A stretch of DNA of 64,000 nt, taken from positions 127,372 to 191,371 of the forward strand of contig NIVC01001160.1 in assembly GCA_002269645.1 (NCBI GenBank), read 5' to 3'. Position numbers and translations under genes: made by a program. Positions 34,859 through 45,869 of this stretch are shown here, piece by piece. The notes beneath the pieces were generated by a model. It was given only the letters and a program-made list of their open reading frames with translations. It ran no database searches and was not told the origin of the DNA. Positions within the stretch are counted from its first letter, which is position 1. Every line of letters begins with the position of its first letter. Source of the DNA: Macrostomum lignano. Lineage: Eukaryota.

Positions 34859-35862
34859 ATGAATCAGAATCAGGCTAATGACGCCATCGCCATGCTGGCA
34901 GAAGAATTGCGAAACCGACTAGAGATAGGGCCGATGAGACACGTTAAGATTCAGAAATTCACACCTACGCAAGACATTCGGATCTGGCTAACAGCCTTCG
35001 ATCAGCGCTGTGAAGTAGAAGGATAGATGAGGAACATAGGAAGCAGGAATTGCTAGCTAATCTGGACCTGTCCACTGCATTCGCAGCGGTACAGCGCCTA
35101 AATCTGCCCGAGGATCTTGAATACGAAGAGTTCAAAGAGCGACTGATTGAGCGATTCGGAAGAATCGGTAGTTCCGCAGAATTCAGAGAGGAGTTTCGTG
35201 GAAGAATGCAAGGCAGAAATGAGCCTGTAGAGACTTTCGCAGACTGTTTGATCGAGCTGGCATCGCGTGCATTTCCGAATATGACGGTTGAGCAAAGGGA
35301 AGAAGAAATTGTTGAGCAATTCATCAAGGGAATCAGAATTCCGTCAGAGACCCGTGAGAAGCTAATCTTTGCGCAGCCAGGCAATTTACAAGAGGCTAGA
35401 AGAATGCTAAGAAGGATGGAGGCTGCGTGGAACATGTCTCACAAGAATGTCAACATGAGAATGGCCAAAGGCGAAGGCGAGAGTGAGCAGAAGGCAGATC
35501 AGGAGAAGCTTGAGGACATCATCAAGAAGCAGAGAGCAGAGTTAGAGCAACAGAAGAAGGCGATTGAGGAGCTGATGGAAGAGAAGAGAGCTAGCCGTCA
35601 GCAGTATCATCCGCAGAATCAATATCAAACGTACGCTCAGGTCGCTGGACCGCCGCAGCAGCCGAGATATCGGCCGCAGCAGCAGCAGCAGCAGCAGCCA
35701 GTATGGCGCGGTCAGCCTCAGTTCAACAGGCAGCCACAGCAACAGCAGCAGCCTCGAGCCTGCTACAATTGCGGGAAGCTTGGCCACATGGCGAGGAATT
35801 GCCAGAGCGCTAGGCCAAACGGTCAGCGAGTGATGAACTACCAGAAGCAGCAGGGAAACTGA
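34859..35862 (+). pseudogene. gag: Gag (one -1 frameshift near 35025) with CYNCGKLGHMARNC zinc knuckle and Q-rich tract
   Basis: MNQNQANDAIAMLAEEL...RCEVEG, shift to IDEEHRKQELLANL...; ends CAG GGA AAC TGA. Confidence 0.8.
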
Positions 35863-36710
35863 GTAGCGAGGGCCGCTTTGCGAGGCCACGTCCCTCTAGC
35901 AACAATTATCGCGAATTTCAGGCCTCTGAATTTGTAAATAATGCGTATCGAAGTAATGCCAGACAGTATAGTAACAGCAGAACGCATGCCGAATTCAATA
36001 AATTTCACAGAAAACCAAATAAAAATTTTGCACCTCGTGTACATACGCCGCTTGCACCTAGTCATGCGTCTGCCAGCCACAGTAGGCCGAATAATAAAGT
36101 ACAAAGTACAGTAATTCCGAATGAGCATTCGAAGAAAGAATTCGAAGAAGATACGGAGAGAAAAGGACGAGAAGCAGTCGTCAATGGAATGCTAAGAAAC
36201 CGAAAGGTCTACTTCCTGCTAGACACAGGAGCTGGACATAATTTCCTAAGCAAGAGTACTTGGAAAAAGATGTTCAGAAGTGATGAAATCGAGTTGACTA
36301 CTAGAAGAGTGACTACGTTTGACGGATCAAGTGTGCGAATTGAAGGAGAAGTCAGAACGAAAATACGATTCGGAGAGATAGAGATTAAGACAGAGTTCCT
36401 GCTGTGCAATCACGAGTGTGACGACATACTCGGGATGGAGTTCTTCATGAACTTCTGCGACAGCATCAGCCTTTCCAGAGGAATGCTTGTATTAAAAGAA
36501 GGGACCTGCATCCCAATTCAGTTTACAAAATTACCCGTACGGGTTTGCCGAATCTACAGCCATAACAGCGTGACTATACCAGCGAATAGCGCTCTTCGAA
36601 TTCCAATTAGATGACTAAAGGATCAGAAGCTAACTATGGAACGCCAATGGTCATTGACACCATTGGAGGCAAGTGACTACGAAGAAAATTCCTTAGAGAT
36701 GATTCCTACT
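35853..36710 (+). pseudogene. pol: Pol N-terminus/aspartic protease (-1 frame after G GGA AAC; in-frame stop at 36612-36614)
   Basis: The -1 frame is open from 35853 through VYFLLDTGAGHNF...DDILGMEF. Confidence 0.78.
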
Positions 36711-37327
36711 NNNNNNNNNNNNNNNNNNNNNNNNNNNNNNNNNNNNNNNNNNNNNNNNNNNNNNNNNNNNNNNNNNNNNNNNNNNNNNNNNNNNNNNNNN
36801 NNNNNNNNNNNNNNNNNNNNNNNNNNNNNNNNNNNNNNNNNNNNNNNNNNNNNNNNNNNNNNNNNNNNNNNNNNNNNNNNNNNNNNNNNNNNNNNNNNNN
36901 NNNNNNNNNNNNNNNNNNNNNNNNNNNNNNNNNNNNNNNNNNNNNNNNNNNNNNNNNNNNNNNNNNNNNNNNNNNNNNNNNNNNNNNNNNNNNNNNNNNN
37001 NNNNNNNNNNNNNNNNNNNNNNNNNNNNNNNNNNNNNNNNNNNNNNNNNNNNNNNNNNNNNNNNNNNNNNNNNNNNNNNNNNNNNNNNNNNNNNNNNNNN
37101 NNNNNNNNNNNNNNNNNNNNNNNNNNNNNNNNNNNNNNNNNNNNNNNNNNNNNNNNNNNNNNNNNNNNNNNNNNNNNNNNNNNNNNNNNNNNNNNNNNNN
37201 NNNNNNNNNNNNNNNNNNNNNNNNNNNNNNNNNNNNNNNNNNNNNNNNNNNNNNNNNNNNNNNNNNNNNNNNNNNNNNNNNNNNNNNNNNNNNNNNNNNN
37301 NNNNNNNNNNNNNNNNNNNNNNNNNNC
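36711..37327. other. Assembly gap (N run)
   Basis: Run of n characters. Confidence 1.
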
Positions 37328-37574
37328 TTAATTGTAGATAGGGTAATTGAGAACAAAGGTAATTGAGTACATCACGTTTTTTGAAACCATTAATTCTTGC
37401 AATTGCCATTCATTGAGATGTGATTACATGTGCATGTACTCAGACTGTCTCAGAAACCTGTGCACTAGCAAATTTTAATTAAGAATCGATTATATTGGCC
37501 TTGAAAATCTTCGATTAAAGTGCAAAAACTATTCTGAGCACAAATAGTGTTTCGCCAAAAACCCGAGATGATTA

Positions 37575-39420
37575 GCCATCAGAAAATTCTTCGCTACGGA
37601 TTTTCCCTGGAAGTGGCGATGCCTGGCAAACAGCCATGACCCGAAAGGGCCATGGTCACCGCCCTGATGTCCCTGCGGTTGAGTCCAAGCAGGGCCCTGT
37701 GGAGGGTGGGGGAAGGACATGGGACAGCCGCGCGGGATTGCTGGCAGTCTGGGGCGTAAGACCACCTTTCCTTGTGGTTTGAGCCACCCACTGGTTGATC
37801 CGAGTAGTGACAACGGCGGTGGGGGTGGGGGCCACAGGCAGGGACCAGTAAAAGAACCGGTCGGGCCATCCTTGGCCAGGCAATCGGCCAACTCATTGCC
37901 TGGGTGGCCCGAGTGCCCGGGATCCACCTTAGGGACACCTTGTTAGAGGCGTCTAAGCGGTTGAGCTGCCCGATTGCAGTCAAGGACTGTACGCGAGCAG
38001 GTGGTGGTGCGCTCAAGGGCGTGGATCGCCGTTTCACTGTCCGAGTGGAGGGTAATTTCCTTCCCCCAGACGCGCTGATTGTACAGCTCCATGGCACAGG
38101 AGCAGATGGCGAGAACTTCGTTCTGGAAGACGGTGGAGTAGGTGCCGGTGTGCTGGGAGAAGGTCGCCACAGTTCTCCCTCCAGACACGATGCAGCAGCC
38201 GTAGCCAGAGGCGGAGTTGATTTGGGACCCGTCAGTGAAGCAGTGGATTTCATGGGATTTCCAGTTGTCCCTTGCTTCATGACGTGGTGGAATGCTGGTT
38301 TTGAATTTGAGCGGAGAGCAGAGCGTGGACGGGATTCCGTCCGAGAGGGTCAGCAGGCCTCCTGCTGCTTCCAGGTCTCACAGGCTGAGGTCGCCGTGCG
38401 GCCGGAGGTTCCGCTTTCTGAAGGCGAACTGCTTCTGGATAACGACCCCGCGTCAAGCAGACGGCGGGTGGTCTTCATTGCCTCCCCTCTGACAGAGGTC
38501 AAGGGGAAATGTCCAGGAAGGAGTTCATGCCAGCAAAAAGCGTAGAGGGAGCCGCGCTCGTGATCAGTGCCGAAGCATATATGGCTGAGTCCACCTCCGA
38601 CGGGTAATTACGAGCTAAAATTGAAATAATTCATTCATTTGTACATGTAGCTGGCGCATCGAATAATTTTTAGTTTAATTAGCAATGCACACTTGCTCAA
38701 AGCTCGACAAGCGCGGCCTTGCACCCTGTTAAGAGCTTCAAGAACCCCTTTCACCCCAAGGGCACTGTTCCAGATGAAGCCGACGAAGATGGCCGGTCTA
38801 ACAATGGCAGTGTAAATCCACCAGAGGCTGCGGGGGGTGAGGCCCCAGGTGGCGCCGAAAGCTCTGCGGGTCTGCGCGATAGTAGCGAGAGCTTTGCGGG
38901 CTTTGGTTTGGACGTGTGGGGTCCAGCTCAACCTGTGGTCGAGAGTGAGGCCCAGACATCTGGTTTGTTTCTCCATGGCAACGGGTTTGCCATAGAGGGA
39001 GAGCGGTTCGATCCTCCAGTTTCGGCGGCAGGTGAACACGATAGCGACGGTTTTAGACTTAGAGAACCTGAGACCGCAGCCGTGTGCCCAGCGCTCGGCA
39101 CGGTAAATGAAGGCTTGGAGGAGGTCTCTGAGAAACGTGGGTGATGGTCAAGCCACAGTGGCGGTAACATCGTCCACGTAACCGACCTGAACCGGATCCG
39201 GATACGGGCTGCAGAGCAGCTCGTCCATGATCGACCAAGTTCCAGAGAATCGGCGTGAGGACTATACCTTTCGGTCCGCCTTTCTGGCCCTCCACAGGGC
39301 GGGAGTGTCCCAGGAGGTGCGAGGTGGCAGTACAATGGGAGACCATGTACATGATCCAGCAGGTGAGATGCTCGTTGAAAGCACCATCAATGTTGAGGAA
39401 AAGCAAGAGCGCGTATCCCC
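37575..39420 (-). mobile_element. Second decayed copy of the RT+RNase H non-LTR element seen at 8406-10443
   Basis: Colinear high similarity ([40 protein letters not shown]). Many frameshifts and an insertion of about 135 bp near 38565-38700. Confidence 0.87.
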
Positions 39421-39438
39421 TTCCAAACAAAAACATGG

Positions 39439-42400
39439 ATGCACATTTATTGGGCTTCAAAAAACAGCTCAACCCGGCAACCCTGCTCGCAGAGCTTGCT
39501 CCGGCCTGAGCTCGGCGCCTACTCGCCGGCCAGCAACCTGTCGCAAAACGACGTCATTCGAGCGCGCCAACGCGCTGGCGAGCCGATCGTCAACCTGGGA
39601 TTCGGCCAGTCGCCCTTCCCCATACCACAGCCTGCCGTGGACAGCCTCCGGCAGCACGCAGCCGACGGTCGCTACCTGCCAGCCTGCGGCATCCCGGAGC
39701 TTCGCCAGGCCGTGTCGGAATTTCACCGCCGGCTCGACCAGCTCGATCCGGACATTTTCACGCCCGATGGCGTGGTTTGCGGGCCGGGCAGCAAAGAGCT
39801 GATCTTCCTCATCATGACGGTGTTCCGCGGCACGGTGTACATCGGGGCTCCCAGCTGGACCACCTACCGGCCGCAGACTCTGCTGAGCGGCCGGTCCTGC
39901 GTGACGCTCGGCTTGTCCGCCGCGGACAGTTGGAAAATAACACCGGAAATTATTGGCGCCAATTTGACTGGCGACCCGCGCCGGTTGTTGGTCCTGGCCA
40001 ACCCGGATAACCCTACGGGACAGGTGTACAGCGAGTGAGTCACTTTGGTATAACCCTACGGGACAGGTGTACAGCGAGTGAGTGAGTGAGTCACTCTGGT
40101 AACCCTACGGGACAGGTGTACAGCGAGTGAGTCACTCTAGTAACCCTACGGGACAGTTGTACAGCGAGTGAGTCACTCTAGTAACCCTACGGGACAGTTG
40201 TACAGCGAGTGAGTCACTCTAGTAACCCTACGGGACAGTTGTACAGCGAGTGAGTCACTCTAGTAACCCTACGGGACAGGTGTACAGCGAGTGAGTCACT
40301 CTGGTAAATCCTACGGGACAGGTGTACAGCGAGTGAGTGAGTGAGTCACTCTGGTAACCCTACGGGACAGGTGTACAGCGAGTGAGTCACTCTGGTAAAT
40401 CCTACGGGACAGGTGTACAGCGAGTGAGTGAGTGAGTCACTCTAGTAACCCTACGGGACAGGTGTACAGCGAGTGAGTCACTCTGGTAAATCCTACGGGA
40501 CAGGTGTACAGCGAGTGAGCGAGTGAGTCACTCTGGTAACCCTACGGGACAGGTGTACAGCGAGTGAGTCACTCTAGTAACCCTACGGGACAGGTGTACA
40601 GCGAGTGAGTCACTCTGGTAAATCCTACGGGACAGGTGTACAGCGAGTGAGTGAGTGAGTCACTCTGGTAACCCTACGGGACAGGTGTACAGCGAGTGAG
40701 TGAGTGAGTCACTCTGGTAACCCTACGGGACAGGTGTACAGCGAGTGAGTGAGTGAGTGAGTCACTCTGATAACCCTACGGGACAGGTGTACAGCGAGTG
40801 AGTGAGTGAGTGAGTCACTCTGGTAACCCTACGGGACAGTTGTAAAGCGAGTGAGTCACTCTAGTAACCCTACGGGACAGGTGTACAGCGAGTGAGTCAC
40901 TCTGGTAACCCTACGGGGCAGGTGTACAGAGAGTGAGTCACTCTGGTAACCCTACGGGGCAGGTGTACAGAGAGTGAGTCACTCTGGTAACCCTACGGGG
41001 CAGGTGTACAGAGAGTGAGTCACTCTGGTAACCCTACGGGGCAGGTGTACAGAGAGTGAGTCACTCTGGTAACCCTACGGGGCAGGTGTACAGAGAGTGA
41101 GTCACTCTGGTAACCCTACGGGGCAGGTGTACAGAGAGTGAGTCACTCTGGTAACCCTACGGGGCAGGTGTACAGAGAGTGAGTCACTCTGGTAACCCTA
41201 CGGGGCAGGTGTACAGAGAGTGAGTCACTCTGGTAACCCTACGGGGCAGGTGTACAGAGAGTGAGTCACTCTGGTAACCCTACGGGGCAGGTGTACAGAG
41301 AGTGAGTCACTCTGGTAACCCTACGGGGCAGGTGTACAGAGAGTGAGTCACTCTGGTAACCCTACGGGGCAGGTGTACAGAGAGTGAGTCAACCCTGCAG
41401 GACAGGTGTCTCATAGGTGGGTGTTGATTGTGACCCACCCTCAGCAGCTGATCCCCTTTCACCCCACGCAGCTCTGAACTGGCAGCCCTGGCGGAGTTCC
41501 TTCGTCGCGAACGGTTCATCGTAGTCTCGGACGAGATCTACGCCAGGCTGAACTTCTCGCTGAGCCACCGCAGCCTCGCACGGCTGTACCCCGAGGGCTG
41601 CATCGTCACCAGCGGCCTGTCGAAATGGGCCGGCGCTGGTGGTTGGCGCCTCGGGTACGCGCTATTTCCGCGCCCACTAGAATCGTTTAGACGCGCGGTG
41701 GCCAGCGCCGCCACGCACACCTATTCCTGCTGCGCCGCTCCGGTGCAACACGCGGCTCTGGCGTTGCTAGGCAACCCCGAGGAGACGGCCAAGCATTCGA
41801 ATAGGAGCGCCAGAATTTTGGCGGCGCTGGCCAGGCACTGTGAACGGCGCCTGACCGAGGCTGGCGCCGTTGTGGCGCCTGCCGGAGGCGGTTTCTACCT
41901 GCTGCCGGATTTCGAGGTTGGTTTTTTGTTTAAATATCCTTTCAGAATTAACAATTGCAGATTCTTACTTTTCTACTTACAATAGAGCAGCAAGAAAAAG
42001 TTGTAGGAAATTGAGTATAGAAGATACACGGGCTTTCGGGATTTGACGCCAATACGTTTGTACAGCCACCAAAGGATGTTTAAGTACGCCGGCAGCCGCC
42101 ACCCGTCACGCGTACAAAGTACATCCAGGGAAGCTCAATCGTGTTAATTAATAATTAATAATTAACTCCTAGTTGCTATGAGCAAAAGTTTAAAGGCACC
42201 TCTAGCCATGGCCGGTCTAAAGCGTACCGTACTCTATGCAAGGTACATGTATATATTGAAAAGCCCAGAGGAATCTGGAGCGGGGAATTTCTCGTAGGGG
42301 TATTCTTTTGTCCAGAGTGCGAGGTTGCATGGCCTTCCTGACTATCTCCGGTGATAAGCAGAGATGACGCTGATAATTTACATGTACATGTAAATACCAC

Positions 42401-43099
42401 AAAGGTGTGAACGATTCAGTTTAAGACTACTGAGAAAAGTAGACGAATAAAGATTTGGAACGTAAAATCTCCCAGAAAGCCAAAAAACGTCGGCAAAAAA
42501 AATTCCCGCAAAAGGAGAGTCTGACAGTCTGTAACACTGGCTAGTGTCGAGTACACAAGCTCTTCTAGCACATTATATTGAGACTTGTATAAGCAGTAAA
42601 TTAAAGGCTACGCTCGGAATATTCAAGTCTTTTACTCATAGTAGGCAAAATCTATCTCTTTAATTGCCATTTCTGTGGATAATTCCATTCCTACTCTTGC
42701 GTATCTACTCACGAGTCACCAGTAGACAGAAAACTAACAGAAGTATTGAAACAAACATAAAAAATAAAGGTCGCTCGCGAGGGCCTTCGTCGGCTTCTTG
42801 GCAGCGCGTCGAAGGAGCCGACCGGCGCCGCCATGTGCGAGCGAATTCTGTCCGACATCGGGGTGGCGCTCATGCCGGCCGGCCCGGCCTTTCTCCGGCC
42901 GGAAAGCGAGCTCACCGTTCGCTTGTGCTTCGTCGAATTCGATGGAGCCGCGGCGCTGCAGGCGGTGCGCGAACTGGAGCTGGAGGAGGCTGACAACAGC
43001 GCGCCGCTTCCCGACGACTTCGCGGCGAAGTACTGCGAGCCAACTTATTCGGCTGTTGTGAGACTGGCCGACTGGCTGAGGTCTGTGCAGCAAGCCTGA
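39439..43099 (+). CDS. Class I/II PLP-dependent (aspartate-aminotransferase-like) aminotransferase; exons ~39439/39493-40034, 41472-41916, 42770-43099
   Basis: VNLGFGQSPFP, GPGSKELIF, NPDNPTGQVYS|D, VSDEIY, TSGLSKWAGAGGWRLG (PLP Lys), GGFYLLPDF|, VRLCFVEFDG. Intron phases 2 and 0 fit. The 5' start is uncertain. Confidence 0.9.
40008..41391 (+). repeat. About 41-bp minisatellite copying the aminotransferase exon end plus donor (TAACCCTACGGGACAGGTGTACAGCGA|GTGAGTCACTCTGG), about 30 copies
   Basis: The first unit is the coding sequence NPTGQVYS; later units repeat it inside the intron. Confidence 0.96.
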
Positions 43100-43604
43100 G
43101 CTGCCGAGCTTTTTGACTGCATGCAGATTTACGTGCAATCTGACTGCGTGATAAAGGAATTATCTGCTTAAATGTAGCAACAGTAATTAAAAACTTATGA
43201 TCAACTTTATGATTTACTTAAATTATGTGCAATATATAAACTGTTTGCTTGAACAGTTTCACAACCGATGCACAAGACATGACATGAGGTGGCAGCCCAC
43301 AAAGCTCATTTCTAAAGTTCATCTGCACTCTGTTTACTTGTTTTCTCTTCCTCTCTGGTTCAATCTTGTTATTCTTATCTCTCTCCCTCGCTGCCTTCTG
43401 ATTGGCTCTTCAATCTCGCCTGATTTTGTTAGTCGCGCTCGCTCAACTCCGTTTTATCTTGCACTCTTCTCCCCCCCGCTAGTTTATTGACATAAATATA
43501 TTCCAGCCCTGAGCCCCTCTGTCTGTCTGGTTCTTAAACTCTAACACAATGCTCGCATTTTTATATATTGCTATTTTTTCACCAGAGAAAATAGGGTGGC
43601 AGTG

Positions 43605-44330
43605 GCAGCCTACAGATGCGCAGAGGAAATGGGGTGGCAGCCCACAGAGGCACAGGGGAAATGGGGTGGCAGCCCACAGAGTTGCAGGGGAAATGGGTGA
43701 CAGCTCACAGAGGCACAGGGGAAATGGGGTGGCAGCCCACAGAGGCACAGGGGAAATGGGGTGGCAGCCCACAGAGTTGCAGGGGAAATGGGTGACAGCT
43801 CACAGAGGCACAGGGGAAATGGGGTGACAGCTCACAGAGGCACAGGGGAAATGAGGTGGCAGCTCACAGAGGCACAGGGGAAATGGGGTGGCAGCCCACA
43901 GAGTTGCAGGGGAAATGGGTGACAGCTCACAGAGGCACAGGGGAAATGGGGTGGCAGCCCACAGAGGCACAGGGGAAATGGGGTGGCAGCCCACAGAGTT
44001 GCAGGGGAAATGGGTGACAGCTCACAGAGGCACAGGGGAAATGGGGTGGCAGCCCACAGAGTTGCAGGGGAAATGGGTGACAGCTCACAGAGGCACAGGG
44101 GAAATGGGGTGGCAGCCCACAGAGGCACAGGGGAAATGGGGTGGCAGCCCACAGAGTTGCAGGGGAAATGGGTGACAGCTCACAGAGGCACAGGGGAAAT
44201 GGGGTGGCAGCCCACAGAGTTGCAGGGGAAATGGGTGACAGCTCACAGAGGCACAGGGGAAATGGGGTGGCAGCTCACAGAGACACTGGGGAAATGGGGT
44301 GGCAGCCTACAGAGGCACTGGGGAAATGGG
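43605..44330. repeat. 31/32-bp G-rich minisatellite (GGGGAAATGGGGTGGCAGCCCACAGAGGCACA)
   Basis: Direct periodicity. Confidence 0.95.
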
Positions 44331-45869
44331 GAGGCATTTTACTTCAAAAAAACAAGATCAGTTCGAGCGCAAAAATTTGAAAGTCAATTTGGTGTTTTAC
44401 AAATAAAAATGTTACTATTGTTATGGCATTCAACGAGCAGTCAGAAATTTTTAGTCAAAATTTCACTCTCCTTGAAATACACACTGCGGTTTTATTATTA
44501 CGATTCACATTCATATTTGTTGGAACCAGAAGGCTTTTACGAACCGGAATACGCATTGTCAGCGAGTGCAACTGCTTTGGACTTTGCAGACTTGCCTCAG
44601 CTTTTCACAGGTTGAACCTTGAAATAAATAAAACTGCTTTAAATAATCAAAAATACGGTAAGCAATTAACAAGAGTAAATAATAGACAGGGTGAATAAGA
44701 AAAGAGGCTGACGACAAAAAGCAAAAGTCACGTTTTAAAAATAAGAAAACATAACGAAAAAAATGTTTATTTAGAAACATAGAAAGCGGGTGTGATCGGG
44801 CAGTTAGTCTATTTATGCAAGATATACGCTCATATTTATTAACTGGGATAATACAAAAATGGATCAATCTCAAGTCAATCGTGGATTATTATAATATATA
44901 ATTAACTTCTAAATTTCCCATGAATATAATAGGCAAAGAATGGTCAAAATAATTATATGCTTATCTAATATGTAAAAAGGATACATCCAGGTTGTTTAAG
45001 TGCTACATTGACTACTGAATAAGTAGTAAACAATTGTGCCTTATTGCTACGACCGTATTTGAAATTTCTATTACGAGAAAAGACCGGTTGACAATTATGC
45101 TTTCTATCTATTCTAATATTATCATCACTTTGACCAAGTCATAAAAATTGTAGGATAACCTTGGCATTCTATTATTAAAATTCAAAAACATTACTAACGA
45201 GTAGGGTGTTACTAGTGTTATTATTGACAACTTTCGGATTTTATATAATTAAAGCCAAGATAAGGTCAGGTGTTTTTTGATAAGAGATAATCACGTGGTA
45301 TGTTTGGCAGCAATTGATGTACATTAAGACAGACAATGTACACTATAGCTTGACCCACACGACGACCCCCGCTTACGTAGAATGGGCCTACTACCCTTCA
45401 AAACCCTGCAGTAAACTCCATTAGAACTCGCAGGCCCGTGAAGATGGACAATAAAATGGAATTCTAGAAGCTAGAGCCCCACCACCCCAAACAACCCCGC
45501 AGTAAAATTGGTAGCCCCTCGCTGGCTCGTGAAAATCAATAGAATGGAATGTGCGTCGAAGACCACATCTCCACCCCAAAAAACAAAATCAATTAGCCCC
45601 GAGGGGTTGACTAAAGCAAGATATCTAACTACTGAATCGAAAGTAGTTTGATGGCATATCTAATTTTAGACTTGCTAATGTTTAATCCAAGCCACGCTAC
45701 TGTAAGTAGCTTAATGCGTAATAAACTGCTACTTCTCCTCCAACACAGACATATTTCAGTGGAGAAGCAGTAGTGCTAGGGTCAAATCATATGCCTAAAT
45801 CTATATACGAAGAATGAGCCTTAAGAACTAAACTTAGTATCTGATATAGCAAAGTGTCAGCATGTCCTC

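Larger units (their letters stand above)
34620..36710 (+). mobile_element. Second Ty3/Gypsy element (internal region; damaged, truncated by an assembly gap)
   Basis: PBS-like motifs at 34622-34779, gag with CCHC knuckle, slippery site, aspartic protease. LTR boundaries not resolved. Confidence 0.8.

Noticed and set aside
36636-37409. ORFs of 216-238 aa around 36.7-37.4 kb
   Set aside because: Artefacts of translating the N gap.
38565-38700. Insertion of about 135 bp inside the second LINE copy as a MITE
   Set aside because: No convincing TIR or TSD found.
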